The notes beneath the pieces were generated by a model, which ran no database searches, had not been told where the DNA came from, and saw nothing but the letters and a program-made list of their open reading frames with translations. The translations under genes were made by a program, and so were the position numbers. Source: an uncultured cyanobacterium (lineage in GTDB: Bacteria > Cyanobacteriota > Cyanobacteriia > Leptolyngbyales > Leptolyngbyaceae). From it: a stretch of DNA of 55,077 nt. This document shows, one piece after another, positions 14,266 to 27,784 of the stretch (position 1 is the stretch's first letter; the number at the start of each line of letters is the position of its first letter). The stretch spans positions 1 through 55,077 of the forward strand of contig CAVYAN010000038.1 of the NCBI GenBank assembly GCA_963766075.1, in the 5' to 3' direction.

Positions 14266-15117
14266 GTGGCAAAGACGGCAGCGGCGAAAACGGCAACGCA
14301 GTGGCGGTACTTCCTAAATATTCTCCAAGATTTGCCATTGACCGCGATGACAGCGGAATTTGCGGCTGTGGTCCAGAACTTGGCAGTGAAGTCTTGGGTT
14401 GGCAAGTCTGCGGTTGGCAAGTCCCTGGTTGGAAAGCCCTTGACCGCGCCGGGACGGTGGGTACTGGTCACATCGGGAGCCTTGGCCCTACTCTTCTGGA
14501 ATGGGCGACTGGTGCTGGCCACTGGCGTTGGGGTGGCAGTCATGGCCCTGATTTACTTGATGCAGGACTGCCAATTGCAGGTGCCCAAGGCTTCGCTACG
14601 CCGCTTGGTTCACCTGTTGAGCCAACCGTTGGTGTTGGCGGTGATGGGCGGCGGTACGGCTATGCTGTCTACCTATTTAGCAGCGTCCGTCTGGGTAGAA
14701 GTGGATAGTCCTTGGCTGGCAGCGGGTGGGATTTTGCAGGGTGCGGGCACCCTGGCGGTACTGCTGCTCCTCGTAGGACAGTATCTGCATCGCCAAACAA
14801 CGAATTCGCAAGGGCAGTTTAGTCAGAAGCTGGCGGACCTGACCCATGCCGATCCCCTGCGGCGGCTTATTGCGGTTCGGGAGTTAACGCGATCGCTCCG
14901 AGACTTAGACCAAAGTTCCTCTGAGCGCCGTGAATTGGCGGACTATTTTCGGTTGATGCTGAGTCAGGAATCCCAGGGGATCGTTCGCGAAGCGGTGCTG
15001 GACGGCCTACAGGCGTTAGACCAGGTTCAGGCTCTACCCACGGCATCTCAGCCAGTGATGCGTCCGGATCTGAGGCAGCGGGCCACTGTGAAGCGGCGAT
15101 CGGCGGCTCAATTTTAA
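14266..15117 (+). CDS. Conserved cyanobacterial membrane protein with a C-terminal HEAT-like helix pair (start uncertain)
   Basis: Hydrophobic segments; LTHADPLRRLIAVREL...VREAVLDGLQAL. Confidence 0.6.
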   Translation: MAKTAAAKTATQWRYFLNILQDLPLTAMTAEFAAVVQNLAVKSWVGKSAVGKSLVGKPLTAPGRWVLVTSGALALLFWNGRLVLATGVGVAVMALIYLMQDCQLQVPKASLRRLVHLLSQPLVLAVMGGGTAMLSTYLAASVWVEVDSPWLAAGGILQGAGTLAVLLLLVGQYLHRQTTNSQGQFSQKLADLTHADPLRRLIAVRELTRSLRDLDQSSSERRELADYFRLMLSQESQGIVREAVLDGLQALDQVQALPTASQPVMRPDLRQRATVKRRSAAQF

Positions 15118-15119
15118 GG

Positions 15120-15347
15120 TGATTTCCAGACAAGATTCTACCTTGGCGGTTTTGCCCTTCGACGCCACTCAGGGTGTCAGCTGGCTTCGGCTACGCTCAG
15201 CCAACTCGACTGTGCTCAGCCAACTCGGCTATGCTCAGCTAGAGGATGGTTTGCTTAGAAGAAGTCCTCTCAGGCAATTTCCCAAAAAATACGATGTCCG
15301 CTGGTTACTCCACCCAAGTCGTTCCCTGAGCGAAGTCAAAGGGAACA
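15120..15347. repeat. Cluster of REP-like palindromic repeats (TTCG(A/G)CT.CGCTCAG) between convergent genes
   Basis: CCCTTCGACGCCACTCAGGG, three tandem (C/T)TCG.CT..GCTCAGC units and a reverse copy CCCTGAGCGAAGTCAAAGGG; the same motif recurs near 23800. Confidence 0.6.
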
Positions 15348-15421
15348 ATTTTGGTCCTTGGTCAAATGAGCGGCCCAGAAATTTGGGCCGCTCATTGGCT
15401 AAGGTTGGAGGACGCTGGGAA

Positions 15422-16840
15422 CTAGCGCCCAACACCTACATAACGGAACCCGATCGCTTCCAGACCCGCTTGATCGAGGAAATTCCGCCCGTCAATCATT
15501 ACGGGGGCATGCATCAGGCTTGCCATTTTGGCGTAGTCTAAATCCCTGAACTGCTGCCAATCCGTGACCAAGACCAGCGCATCACAGCCATCTGCGAGTC
15601 GCTCGGGATCCGTCTCGACCAGAACGTTGGACAAACCATGCCGAATTCCACTTTGGGAAATAATCGGGTCGTAGGCCTTCACCCGTGTGCCAAGGCGATG
15701 CAATTGCTCGATCATATTCAGGGCGGGGGCATCCCGCAGATCATCGGTATCGGGCTTAAAGGTCAGGCCCAAGAGCCCAACAGTCTTGCCTTTAAGAATT
15801 TTCAACACTTGCTGCAATTTTTCGACGACGATCAGCCGCTGCCGTTCATTAACGCTAATGGCAGCTTTCAGTAGGGTGGCATCGTAGCCATAGTCATCGG
15901 CGGTATGCACCAGCGCCGAAACATCCTTGGGAAAGCAGGATCCGCCCCAACCAATCCCGGCTTGCAGAAACTTGCCGCCAATGCGCGAGTCTAAGCCAAT
16001 GCCCTTTGCCACTTCAACAACGTCGGCCCCGACCCGATCGCAAATATTCGCGACTTCATTGATGAAACTAATCTTAGTCGCGAGAAATGCATTGGCGGCA
16101 TATTTAATCATTTCTGCCGAGCTTAAATCAGTCTTCACCACGGGCACGGGCGGCAGTGTTTGATCCGCAGCAAACTGACGGCTGATGATCGGTGCGTAGA
16201 GATCTTCCATGCGGGCAAGAGCTTGGGCCATACCGCTGCCCAAGACGATGCGATCGGGATTGAACGTATCATAGACTGCGGAGCCTTCCCGCAAGAATTC
16301 CGGATTGCTGACCACATCAAACTCAGGCTCCGCGATCGCGGCAGTACTGGTTTGCACACCCACTTCCGTAGCCCCGGCGCCAACGAGCGCCTGGGTGGCT
16401 ACTTCTGCCCGCTTCTCCGCAAAGCCATCCAAAATCAGCATCCGGACCCAATCCCCGGAGCCAATTGGCACCGTGGATTTGTTGACGATCACCTTATAGG
16501 TATCGGGTTTCAGGTGAGCCCCAATCCCCCGTGCCACGGCTTCCACATAGCGGGTATCACTTTCCCCCGTGGGCAACGGCGGCGTACCCACTGCGATAAA
16601 TAGCACCTCGCCATGATCAACCCCTGCGCCTAAATCCGTCGTAAATTCAATCGTGCCCGCACGCAGGGACGCCTGCATGATCTCGGACAGTCCCGGTTCA
16701 AAAATGGGCGACTGTCCCGCTTTCATCAGCTTGACTTTTTCTTCGTTATTATCCACGCAAATGACGTGATGACCCACGTGAGCCAGACAGGCACCCGTGA
16801 CTAAACCGACGTAGCCCGTTCCAATGACACAAACCCGCAT
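15422..16840 (-). CDS. ugd: UDP-glucose 6-dehydrogenase
   Basis: MRVCVIGTGYVGL, NKSTVP, SNPEFLREG, GWGGSCFPKD, FKPDTDDLR. Confidence 0.95.
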   Translation of the reverse strand: MRVCVIGTGYVGLVTGACLAHVGHHVICVDNNEEKVKLMKAGQSPIFEPGLSEIMQASLRAGTIEFTTDLGAGVDHGEVLFIAVGTPPLPTGESDTRYVEAVARGIGAHLKPDTYKVIVNKSTVPIGSGDWVRMLILDGFAEKRAEVATQALVGAGATEVGVQTSTAAIAEPEFDVVSNPEFLREGSAVYDTFNPDRIVLGSGMAQALARMEDLYAPIISRQFAADQTLPPVPVVKTDLSSAEMIKYAANAFLATKISFINEVANICDRVGADVVEVAKGIGLDSRIGGKFLQAGIGWGGSCFPKDVSALVHTADDYGYDATLLKAAISVNERQRLIVVEKLQQVLKILKGKTVGLLGLTFKPDTDDLRDAPALNMIEQLHRLGTRVKAYDPIISQSGIRHGLSNVLVETDPERLADGCDALVLVTDWQQFRDLDYAKMASLMHAPVMIDGRNFLDQAGLEAIGFRYVGVGR

Positions 16841-16940
16841 ATAGACTCCTTTCCAACGACTGGATAACTCACTGACTAACTGAATTCCCGATAGAGCTGT
16901 CTTCAAAAAACCTCTCCATTGGGAAACCATTGCCTCACGC

Positions 16941-17903
16941 TTACTGGGCTGTAATGGTCTGAGAGGGTTCAGGACTGTTGAGGAGGCGATCGCGGAAGTC
17001 AGCGATCGTCATTTTCAACCCATCGGCCAAGGGCACCGTAGGCTGCCAACCCAGCATTTCCTTGGCCTTGGTAATATCCGGCTTGCGACGGCGGGGATCA
17101 TCCTGGGGCAGCGGCTCAAACCGAATCTTGGCATCCGGATTGACCATTTCTTGAATTTTTTGTGCCAATTGCAAAATAGTGTATTCCTCTGGATTGCCCA
17201 AATTCACCGGCCCCAGATAATCGCCATTCATCAGCCGCATCAACCCATCCACTAAATCTGATGCATAGCAGAAGCTGCGAGTTTGCTGGCCTTCGCCATA
17301 CACCGTTAGGGGAATCCCCTGCAATGCCTGCACGACAAAATTGCTCACAACGCGTCCATCGTTTTCCAACATGCGAGGACCATAGGTGTTAAAAATCCGG
17401 GCAACCCGAATATCTACATCATTCTGGCGATGATAGTCAAAAGCCAAGGTTTCAGCAACGCGCTTGCCTTCGTCATAGCAACTCCGAATACCGATGGTAT
17501 TGACATTACCCCGGTACTCTTCTACCTGGGGATGAATTTCTGGATCGCCATAAATTTCCGACGTGGACGCAAGCAAAAAGCGGGCCTTGACCCGCTTTGC
17601 CAAGCCCAGCATATTCATCGTCCCCATCACGTTCGTTTTGATGGTTTTGACGGGATTGTACTGATAATGCACCGGGGAGGCAGGACAAGCCAAATGGTAG
17701 ATTTGGTCCACTTCCAGACGAATCGGCTCCGTAACGTCGTGGCGAATTAGCTCAAAGTAAGGATGATCCATCCATTTCAGCACGTTACGCTTATGCCCTG
17801 TGAAAAAGTTGTCTAAACAAATGACCTCATGCCCTTGCAGCATCAGCCGATCAATCAAGTGCGAACCGATGAAGCCTGCGCCACCTGTGACTAGAATTCT
17901 CAT
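16941..17903 (-). CDS. UDP-glucuronate decarboxylase (UDP-xylose synthase, SDR family)
   Basis: [39 protein letters not shown]. Confidence 0.92.
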   Translation of the reverse strand: MRILVTGGAGFIGSHLIDRLMLQGHEVICLDNFFTGHKRNVLKWMDHPYFELIRHDVTEPIRLEVDQIYHLACPASPVHYQYNPVKTIKTNVMGTMNMLGLAKRVKARFLLASTSEIYGDPEIHPQVEEYRGNVNTIGIRSCYDEGKRVAETLAFDYHRQNDVDIRVARIFNTYGPRMLENDGRVVSNFVVQALQGIPLTVYGEGQQTRSFCYASDLVDGLMRLMNGDYLGPVNLGNPEEYTILQLAQKIQEMVNPDAKIRFEPLPQDDPRRRKPDITKAKEMLGWQPTVPLADGLKMTIADFRDRLLNSPEPSQTITAQ

Positions 17904-18274
17904 ATTTCTGCTTATTTAGAGGACGGGGTTAGAGGACAAACCAAAATTTTGACGTCTAGAGAGTTTTCATGGTTTACGGGAAAAAATTTGAAATCCGTAA
18001 ACTTCATCTCCATAGCTTACAGAGTTCCCACTTTTGGGTGTGTCTACCTAGACGGGAGATGCCAAAACCGCGGATTTTGTAAAACCTTAGCAAAAGTCGC
18101 GCTTGCTCCTCGATTAAACTACGAGGAGTTCATTAAATCTTCACAACGAATATTGACAGCGGCGCTGGATGCTTGAGGGTAATGATTCAGCGCCATCTAC
18201 ACAAGACATAAATTGGCGCAAGACCAAGACGTAAATTAGCGCAAGACGCAGAGTAGAAGCGTGATTGCGCTTCT

Positions 18275-20080
<1,806 letters not shown>

Positions 20081-20337
20081 ACAGGTTACTCAGACAGAAA
20101 GGAATAAAATTCGGTGCTTACCGCAATTAATAGGCAATCAACGCTTCATGTATTGTAATCCCTTCTTTCATCTCCCTCCAGCCGACTAATCCATCTCAGT
20201 ACTTCCCGGAAGAATAACGGGTCCGGGTCGGCCTATCCCCAAGGGCGTGAAATTTAATATCTGGATTTCCTTGGAGGAACACAGGTTTTGTGCAATACGA
20301 TAGATGGTGGTAGATTTCTGCTTTTCGCATAACCCCT

Positions 20338-20568
20338 ATGAATCAGCCCACTCTCCAGCCCCAGGTTCCATCCGACAAGGTAGAAGTTTCTATTCACTTA
20401 GATTCAGATTTGCTCAGCCAGATTCAGCACCTCACCACTGACCCCAGCAAGGTGATTGAGGTTGCTATTCGTCAATGGCTCAAAAATGAGCGTAATCGCG
20501 ACGATGATCTGACCCGCACTCTCCACCGTAATCCTCCGGTTCCACCCCGTGGAGAGTGGAATGACTAG
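20338..20568 (+). CDS. Small ribbon-helix-helix-like protein
   Basis: VEVSIHLDSDLL...SKVIEVAIRQWL. Confidence 0.6.
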   Translation: MNQPTLQPQVPSDKVEVSIHLDSDLLSQIQHLTTDPSKVIEVAIRQWLKNERNRDDDLTRTLHRNPPVPPRGEWND

Positions 20569-20713
20569 GTAGCCTAAGCTTCAGCGGGATTGATCTGCGG
20601 TTGATCCACGCTGAATCATGATTTTCTAGGTAACGTATGACTGAGTAATGTATGCCTGAGACAGTGCAAACGCTGACCTCTGTATTCTGCCCTTGTTGTG
20701 AGCCGGAACCCCC

Positions 20714-22183
20714 ATGATCCCCTCCACCAACCTGCCCTCCTCTCCAACGACAGACATCGAGGTCAGCCCCGACGCTGATAGCCCAATCCAATCGTCCTTT
20801 TCGACACCGTCCTGTCCCCATCCACTGTTCTCGCTGAGTGCTGACCATTACCACAAGCTCCTCACCCAAATCGCTGGTAATATCCGGCGCACACTCGATC
20901 TGCCGACCATCTGGCAACAAACGGTTCAAAGACTGGGCACTGCACTAGAAGTCAGTCGTTGTGTCATCTGCCCCTATAAAGAGCCAACTGCCACAGTTCA
21001 GATCGTGGCGGAATATCACCGAGAGGCCGTGCCCTCACTCTTAAACACGGAATTTGCGATCGCCGAACATCCTGCCATTCGTGAGGCGATCGCCTCGCTA
21101 ACCCCCCTCGCCATTACCGACACAGCCGATGGCATCTGGGCGGCGGGACAGGCTGTATTGATGGCGGCGACCTGCTATCAAGATCAGCCCAATGGATTAA
21201 TCGTGCTGTATCAGTGCGATCGCCCCCGCACCTGGAGCGCCGCCGAAATTGAATTTCTGCGGGAGCTCGCGGATCAGGTGGGCACGGCGATCGCCCATGC
21301 CACCCTTTTTGCCGAGACCCAAGCCCTCGCTGCCGAACTCCAGCTCACAAACAGTCGCTCAATTCAAAAAAATCGAGAGCTCGAAGAAGCGCGTCAGCAA
21401 GCCGAAGAAGCCTCCCGCCTCAAGAGCCAATTCCTAGCCAACACGTCCCACGAGCTTCGCACCCCCCTCAATGGCATGATCGGCTTTCTGAAGCTAATCA
21501 TCGAAGGACTTGCTGATGATCCCAAGGAGCAGAGCGAGTTCATCAACGAAGCCTACCGATCTGCGCTACTCCTCAACGACATCATTACCGATATCCTTGA
21601 CATTGCCAGAATCGAAGCCGGTCGATTTGAAATTGACCTCAATCCGGTCCAGCTTGACGATCTGCTGGCTGACATGGAAACCTTTAGCCGAAACCAAGTC
21701 GAGCAAAGAAACCTCACCTTCGAGATCCAAAAGCCCTCCACCCACGATGGCATTGTTCTCTATGGCAACTACCAGCGCCTCAAGCAAGTCTTACTCAACC
21801 TTCTCGGCAACGCGATCAAGTTCACCCACGATGGTGGCATCACCATTGGCGTAGAAGTCATTAAAAAGAAAATTACCGTCCAAAACCAGCCGCTACCCGG
21901 CATGGTCAAAGTTCGGGTTGCCGATACCGGCATTGGCGTTTCTCTCGATCAACAAAACCGCCTGTTCCAATCCTTTAGTCAAATTGATGGGACCCGAACG
22001 CGCCAATATGGGGGAACGGGGCTAGGACTTGCTATATCCCAACGGCTGGTCGAAGCGATGGGGGGGGAAGTCAACTTCTACAGTCTCGGCGAAGGTTTAG
22101 GATCCACCGTCACCTTTACCGTCCCCCTCTTCCAGGAACCCATCATGAGTACATCTCCCCAGGGAGCAAGGGCCATTCCCTAG
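20714..22183 (+). CDS. GAF-domain sensor histidine kinase
   Basis: GAF region, H-box SHELRTPLN, N-box NLLGNAIKFT, DTGIG, GGTGLGL. Confidence 0.93.
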   Translation: MIPSTNLPSSPTTDIEVSPDADSPIQSSFSTPSCPHPLFSLSADHYHKLLTQIAGNIRRTLDLPTIWQQTVQRLGTALEVSRCVICPYKEPTATVQIVAEYHREAVPSLLNTEFAIAEHPAIREAIASLTPLAITDTADGIWAAGQAVLMAATCYQDQPNGLIVLYQCDRPRTWSAAEIEFLRELADQVGTAIAHATLFAETQALAAELQLTNSRSIQKNRELEEARQQAEEASRLKSQFLANTSHELRTPLNGMIGFLKLIIEGLADDPKEQSEFINEAYRSALLLNDIITDILDIARIEAGRFEIDLNPVQLDDLLADMETFSRNQVEQRNLTFEIQKPSTHDGIVLYGNYQRLKQVLLNLLGNAIKFTHDGGITIGVEVIKKKITVQNQPLPGMVKVRVADTGIGVSLDQQNRLFQSFSQIDGTRTRQYGGTGLGLAISQRLVEAMGGEVNFYSLGEGLGSTVTFTVPLFQEPIMSTSPQGARAIP

Positions 22184-23067
22184 ATTTTCCCAGACGCTAG
22201 GTGTTCCCAAGTTCCCAGACCCTAGATGTTCCCAGAATTGACACTGCTAGCAGGGTGTTTTCTGCGCAGTCTGATTGCTACAGGTTGTGACCGAATTGTT
22301 CGGGATATTTACTGAACTGCTGTGCGATCGTCTGGCAGGCAACGGAGTTTTTACAGAGTTGCATAACGTAAGCAACCCAACATTTCATGCCTAGGGCATT
22401 AATTTTGGCTGGGATTTCCGTGCTCCTGAGTATTACTGAAGTATTAATTGTTAGAATTCCATCTATTACTTAACCATGGGTAAAAAAACTGATAGAAAAG
22501 AATTTATCCAGATAGGAACTCTGGACTATTTCAGTAAAAACATTCTTATTTTCAATAAATATTTTCCCATGAATCGCTCCCTCAATTCCGCAAACATCTT
22601 GGATGTAGCAATTAAACTCTTCTCCTCGTATAAATACGGATTTAACCAAAGGCATCACTAGGTATTGGATTGATCACTGCTGCTGAACCCAGGGATATTC
22701 GGGTACACAGGCTATTTGCAATTTAAACCTCCCTTTATATAGGGCTTAGTAACCTCATCAAAAATTTATTCATTTCAGTCTAGTGATTCATCACAATAAA
22801 AGAATGGATCAGGAGTCGTCAAAGGCTTGAATCAGTTTCCGTTAGTTCTCGAAAGCACGAAAGAATCGAATTTTAAGAATTTCTAAACCTTTGTAGGAAG
22901 GCTATTTTAAGTTCAGCGATTTAGCGGATCGCCCTCATTTTGTGGGAATGCTAAGTTTGGCAAGGATAGAGGTTGGCTGTTTAAACTCATCTTTTTGCCG
23001 CATTGCAACTCGATTAGACCCTGTTGAGCATTCCAAAACCTCTCCTAGTGCCGTCAGGCTTGTGAAC

Positions 23068-23343
23068 ATGAAACACGATTTAGGCTACCAACCCCCGACA
23101 CCAAGCGTGGGCGTCTATGAATGCGAGGTCCATCTCAAGTTCAGGCTAATTGAGGAAAAAGGCATCTTGGGCGATCGCGACAGACTACTAGAGATACTCC
23201 TAGACGCGTTTACCTGCGGCAGTGACGAGTATCTGGAATCCCTCCGGGTGGATGTCGAGGCGCAGGAAATTTCGGAGGTGGAAGCGTCCCCGGCAATGCG
23301 TCGCCAACTCATTCGTCTCCGGAACTCCAAGGATCTGGCTTAA
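23068..23343 (+). CDS. Npun_R1517-like cyanobacterial regulator
   Basis: YECEVHLKFRLIEEK...MRRQLIRLRNS; family recalled from memory. Confidence 0.7.
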   Translation: MKHDLGYQPPTPSVGVYECEVHLKFRLIEEKGILGDRDRLLEILLDAFTCGSDEYLESLRVDVEAQEISEVEASPAMRRQLIRLRNSKDLA

Positions 23344-23492
23344 TTTCTGATTGGAGTAATTCATTGCTCCTGGGATGCCGGGTGAAGTCCTGCGTGGATG
23401 CTGTAATCCACTTTAGGTGAGGCGTTTTAGGTGGGGCTGGGGCTTAGATTGGCAGCGATCTAAGCGCCTAGAAAACTAAATACGTGTTGGAG

Positions 23493-23521
23493 TTGACAGA
23501 TTCTCCGTTTTTAGCTAAATT
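23493..23521 (+). promoter_or_regulatory. Sigma70-type promoter of tRNA-Glu
   Basis: TTGACA(23493)-17 nt-TAAATT(23516), about 20 nt upstream of the tRNA. Confidence 0.75.
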
Positions 23522-23541
23522 AATAAAGGTCAAGCCGATGC

Positions 23542-23614
23542 GCCCCCATCGTCTAGAGGCCTAGGACACCTCCCTTTCACGGAGGCGACGGGGATTCGAA
23601 TTCCCCTGGGGGTA
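23542..23614 (+). tRNA. tRNA-Glu (TTC)
   Basis: Cloverleaf: acceptor GCCCCCA/TGGGGGT, anticodon arm CCTCC-CTTTCAC-GGAGG, T arm GGGGA-TTCGAAT-TCCCC. Confidence 0.97.
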
Positions 23615-23620
23615 TCTGGA

Positions 23621-23666
23621 AAAAACATTGAAGGTACAGAGTTAACTCTGTACCTTCAATGTTTTT
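23621..23666. terminator. 46-bp perfect palindrome; bidirectional terminator between tRNA-Glu and uvrB
   Basis: AAAAACATTGAAGGTACAGAGTT|AACTCTGTACCTTCAATGTTTTT. Confidence 0.8.
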
Positions 23667-23713
23667 GGGAGTAAACTTCAAAATCGAAGGATGCCTGAAG
23701 GAGATTAGAGTTT

Positions 23714-23860
23714 AGGCCATTTCCGACAAATATATATCTGCTGCTGGCTACCCTGCGGGAAGCGAACTATGACTCCGCTCAGCCAATGAGAGATTGCTCC
23801 CTTCGACTTCGCTCAGGGAGCAACCCCGGTCGGTATATTTTTTCCTGGAAATATCCCTAG
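23714..23860. repeat. MITE-like element containing REP-like hairpins
   Basis: Imperfect terminal inverted repeats (ATTTCCGACAAATATATA / TATATTTTTTCCTGGAAAT); internal TTGCTCCCTTCGACTTCGCTCAGGGAGCAA. Confidence 0.45.
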
Positions 23861-23869
23861 CTCTTGACT

Positions 23870-25876
23870 TCAGGGCGTTTTGCGGCCTAGAAGTTTATCG
23901 CGTAGATGTTTAATGCGATCGCGATATTCTGCCGCCTTTTCAAACTCCATTTTTTTCGCGGATTCTTTCATTTGCACTTCCAGTTGCGCAATCAGTTCTG
24001 GAATACTTTCCATGGGAATATCTTGAACCTGTTCATAGGCTTCATCCAACTGCTGCGTATTCAGACGACGAGAGATTTCCAGGAACGCCAAGATGGAGTT
24101 ATTAGCACGACTGACAATGGATTGAGGCGTAATGCCATGGGTTTCGTTATAAGCCTGCTGGATGGCGCGACGTTCCTCCGTGACGTTAATCGCCTTCGCC
24201 ATACTATCAGTGAGGTTGTCGGCATAGAGAATGGCTTGTCCCCGCACATGGCGAGCGGCCCGTCCAATGGTTTGGATCAGCGATCGCTCCGCCCGCAAAA
24301 ATCCTTCCTTATCCGCATCCAGAATCGCAACAAGGGAAACCTCTGGAAGATCCAACCCTTCCCGCAGGAGGTTCACCCCAATGAGGACATCAAACTCGCC
24401 TTCGCGCAGACCCTGAAGAATTTCAATGCGTTCAATTGAATTAATCTCAGAATGTAAATAGCGCACACGGATGGCTCGCTCCTGAAAGTATTCGGCTAAA
24501 TCCTCAGCCATGCGCTTCGTTAGCGTCGTGACGAGAACGCGCTCTTGGCGCTCGATGCGATCGCGAATCTCTCCATATAAGTCATCCACCTGTCCCGCCG
24601 TGGGGCGCACAAAGATTTCTGGATCCAAGACACCGGTGGGCCGGATCACCTGGTGGATAATTTGTTCCTCAGAGACTTCCTGCTCCCAATCTCCCGGTGT
24701 GGCGGACACAAAAACGCACTGGGTGACTTTTTCCCAAAACTCCTCAGCCTTTAGGGGGCGATTGTCCGCCGCACTGGGCAATCGAAAGCCGTGATCAATG
24801 AGGACCCGCTTGCGAGATTGATCCCCGTTATACATGGCACGGATTTGGGGAATGGTGACATGGGACTCGTCAATCACCAGCAGCCAATCCTTGGGAAAAT
24901 AATCCAGTAAACATTCGGGCGACTCCCCGGCTTGCCGTCCGGCCAAATGGCGGGAGTAGTTTTCGACCCCCTGGCAAAATCCCACTTCCCGTAAGATTTC
25001 TAGGTCATAGCGTGTGCGCTGCTCTAGCCGTTGGGCTTCGAGTAATTTGCCATTTTTTTCGAGTTCTTCCAAGCGTTCCTTTAGTTCCGCCTGGATATCG
25101 TTGCAGGCGACTTCGAGGCGCTCTTCGGGGGTGACAAAGTGTCGCGCCGGATAAATATTGACAGCTTCTAGGCTTTTCAGCGTGGAGCCAGTGACAGGAT
25201 CGACGTAGCGGATGGCATCAATTTCATCTCCGAAAAACTCGACCCGAATGATGCGATCTTCATAGGCTGGACCAATTTCGAGCACATCCCCCTTGACTCG
25301 AAATTTGCCCCGAGCCAGTTCCAGATCATTGCGAGCATATTGCACCGATGCCAAATCACGAATGATCTGGCGCTGATTCATTTCTTCGCCGACCCGGAGG
25401 GGGATGGCGGCTTTTAAGTATTCAGCGGGAATTCCCAGGCCATAGATGCAACTGATCGAAGCGACGACAATCACATCTTTGCGCTCAAACAGCGATCGCG
25501 TGGCAGAGTGCCGCAGCATGTCGATTTCATCATTAATCGCAGCGGTTTTTTCAATATAGGTATCCGTGGTCGGGATATACGCCTCTGGCTGATAGTAGTC
25601 GTAATAGCTGATGAAATATTCAACCGCGTTGTCCGGGAAGAACTCGCGTAATTCATTGCACAACTGGGCCGCCAGCGTCTTATTGTGGGCCAGAACCAAG
25701 GTGGGTCTACCCAAATTTTGGATTACACGGGCAATGGTGTGGGTTTTTCCGGTGCCTGTCGCACCCAGCAAGGTCTGATACCGATGGCCCGCGCTGATAC
25801 TTTTAACGAGTTGGGCGATCGCCTTGGGTTGGTCGCCTGCGGGTTCAAAGGGGGCTTGAATCTGAAAGTCTGCCAT
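23870..25876 (-). CDS. uvrB: Excinuclease ABC subunit B
   Basis: [31 protein letters not shown]-terminal UVR domain. Confidence 0.98.
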   Translation of the reverse strand: MADFQIQAPFEPAGDQPKAIAQLVKSISAGHRYQTLLGATGTGKTHTIARVIQNLGRPTLVLAHNKTLAAQLCNELREFFPDNAVEYFISYYDYYQPEAYIPTTDTYIEKTAAINDEIDMLRHSATRSLFERKDVIVVASISCIYGLGIPAEYLKAAIPLRVGEEMNQRQIIRDLASVQYARNDLELARGKFRVKGDVLEIGPAYEDRIIRVEFFGDEIDAIRYVDPVTGSTLKSLEAVNIYPARHFVTPEERLEVACNDIQAELKERLEELEKNGKLLEAQRLEQRTRYDLEILREVGFCQGVENYSRHLAGRQAGESPECLLDYFPKDWLLVIDESHVTIPQIRAMYNGDQSRKRVLIDHGFRLPSAADNRPLKAEEFWEKVTQCVFVSATPGDWEQEVSEEQIIHQVIRPTGVLDPEIFVRPTAGQVDDLYGEIRDRIERQERVLVTTLTKRMAEDLAEYFQERAIRVRYLHSEINSIERIEILQGLREGEFDVLIGVNLLREGLDLPEVSLVAILDADKEGFLRAERSLIQTIGRAARHVRGQAILYADNLTDSMAKAINVTEERRAIQQAYNETHGITPQSIVSRANNSILAFLEISRRLNTQQLDEAYEQVQDIPMESIPELIAQLEVQMKESAKKMEFEKAAEYRDRIKHLRDKLLGRKTP

Positions 25877-26211
25877 AAATCAAGAGAAAGGCTGAGAAGG
25901 AACCCAGACATCAATCGCACTGCATGCTTCAAAGCACCGGCTCGAATTCCTAGCCTTTTGCGATGGCTTGAGGCCCTGCCCTCATTCATTGCAGTGCCAT
26001 TGAACCCAGATTGCTTTAGTGTAGCGGAATGTCCCGGAGATGAGTGCCATCCCCACTCCTCCAGCGGCATATTTTCCCCAGAGTCAATTCGGGGTCTTGC
26101 CACCCATACCTGGACCTGGATAGGGGTACCCAACTTAAGCGTCATGTCCACGCGGCGATGTCCATGAGAAAGTGGATTAGTATTATTCCTAGTTCTCCAG
26201 AGTGTACGTTC

Positions 26212-26541
26212 ATGCAAATAGGAACAGCCTTTCGGATTCTCCGGGTTCGCTTTAATCTCTCGCAGGCGGAGCTTGCTGAAAAAACTGGAATTAAGGGTGT
26301 CCAAGAAATTGAGAATGGCCGGAGCGGAGCGGCCCTAGAAGATTTAGCAAAACTGGCGCAGATGCTAGGGGTCACGGTCTCTGCGTTGATTAAATTTTGT
26401 GAGGACTTAGATGATGCCAGCATCCTGATTCCTCAGCTCTTGACAGGAGCGGTGAAACAAAAGAAGCTGCCATCGGGGAAGGCAACCCGAAGCAACACAA
26501 GGATAGGGAAAAAGACCCAAAATGGATCGCGGCTGGATTAA
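26212..26541 (+). CDS. XRE-family HTH regulator
   Basis: LSQAELAEKTG...EIENGR...LAKLAQMLGV. Confidence 0.8.
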   Translation: MQIGTAFRILRVRFNLSQAELAEKTGIKGVQEIENGRSGAALEDLAKLAQMLGVTVSALIKFCEDLDDASILIPQLLTGAVKQKKLPSGKATRSNTRIGKKTQNGSRLD

Positions 26542-26730
26542 TCAGGTGGCTCAGGCATTGATCGGGATGAGCCTAGTCGCAGACTGCAACGACAACGACA
26601 TCCGCTTGTAGTTCATCCCGCCCTAGACTATCAGGGTCCGAAATGCCCCATCGATTCGAGTACTTGTAGCGACAAAAATTTGCCAAAGAAATAAAACCGA
26701 CAAAACTTAATATCTCCGGCGGTTTTAGGA

Positions 26731-26749
26731 AAGCCGATGGCGGGATTTG
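26731..26749 (-). other. tRNA-Thr-like 3' end fragment; candidate att site of an integrated element
   Basis: The reverse complement CAAATCCCGCCATCGGCTT is the T-arm 3' half plus acceptor stem typical of a GCCGATG-stem tRNA-Thr. A terminator-like AAAACCG..CGGTTTT lies downstream on the minus strand. Confidence 0.55.
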
Positions 26750-26894
26750 TCCCCTCCACGCACTCGATTCGGAATCGAGTGCGTGGAGGGGACAAAAACT
26801 TAGTGATGGAAAGGATTGTAGCCTATCTCAAATCTTATTGCACTCAATTTTATCTCCACCGCTGTAATGCTTTCCCTGTCAGCTTTAGGGTGAA

Positions 26895-27591
26895 TTATTC
26901 TAATTTCCAGTTCTGAATTGCGGTGAGTGCGATGGTGGCTTGTTCTGGGGATATCTGGGGTAAACGATTGGTGAAGTAATCATCAAGTCCCAGCGGGCGG
27001 CTTAACGCCTCCTCCATCCCATCTAATACTTCAGGGTGATTTGAGGTCAATGTCCAGTCTCGATCCCAGAAGATGCGATCGGCTAAGTCATCCACAACAA
27101 TCTGCCAGATTCGCAAATTATCAGAGCGTTTGTGAAAGGTATCTAACTCCTCATCCCAGCCAAAATCTTCCTGTCCAACTTGCCAGCTCTCCAAAAAGTA
27201 CGCTTCAAAAGCTTTCCACAGCAGGTCGCGGTAAAAATATTTCAGGGTTTCATCTCGATTTAGCCCTGCTTGCTCGATGTAAATTTCATCCTCAAGCCGC
27301 ATATTCAGAAACGCAAATGGGTAATAGGCAGCCGCTTCGGCTACGTTCGTTAACTTTGGCGCTGCGATATCTCGGTTTCAGCAATACGGAGAGGCAGTGA
27401 TGGAGTAGGACAACTTTTTGCCCAAAGCTGGCAATGTCAAAGATGCGATCGCCCGTGAGTACTTCCGGTTCATCCAAATCACGAGTGTCTTGAAGATGCT
27501 CGATCGCATCCTGCATGGCAGTTAAATAGACTTCTGCTTCTACATCTTCGAGGACTCGCTGTCCAAGGTTGGTGTCCCAAGTCATAATCAA
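26895..27591 (-). CDS. Hypothetical protein, split by a frameshift near 27300-27340
   Basis: Two overlapping acidic ORFs (27292-27591 and 26895-27302) read as one protein. Confidence 0.5.
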
Positions 27592-27784
27592 ATTCCCCGG
27601 AAATTTCCAGCTCGCTTGAATCTTGGTGGTGAGGTAATGGGTTTATTGCATCATTATGGTTTAGTTTTTACCTGTATCCATCGTACTAGATCTGCGATTC
27701 TGAAAGAAATCGCAGATCTGGGGTGGAAATAGCATTTTCCGGTGATGTTTATGCTGCGAGATATAGCTTCTCGGAGTGATTTTC

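Noticed and set aside
22200..22940. AT-rich intergenic region with two ~60-aa ORFs
   Set aside because: There are no recognisable motifs or supported RNA structure; it is probably the regulatory region of the downstream gene.
23542..23614. tRNA-Glu as the island integration site
   Set aside because: I found no duplicate of its 3' end, and the core gene uvrB follows it.
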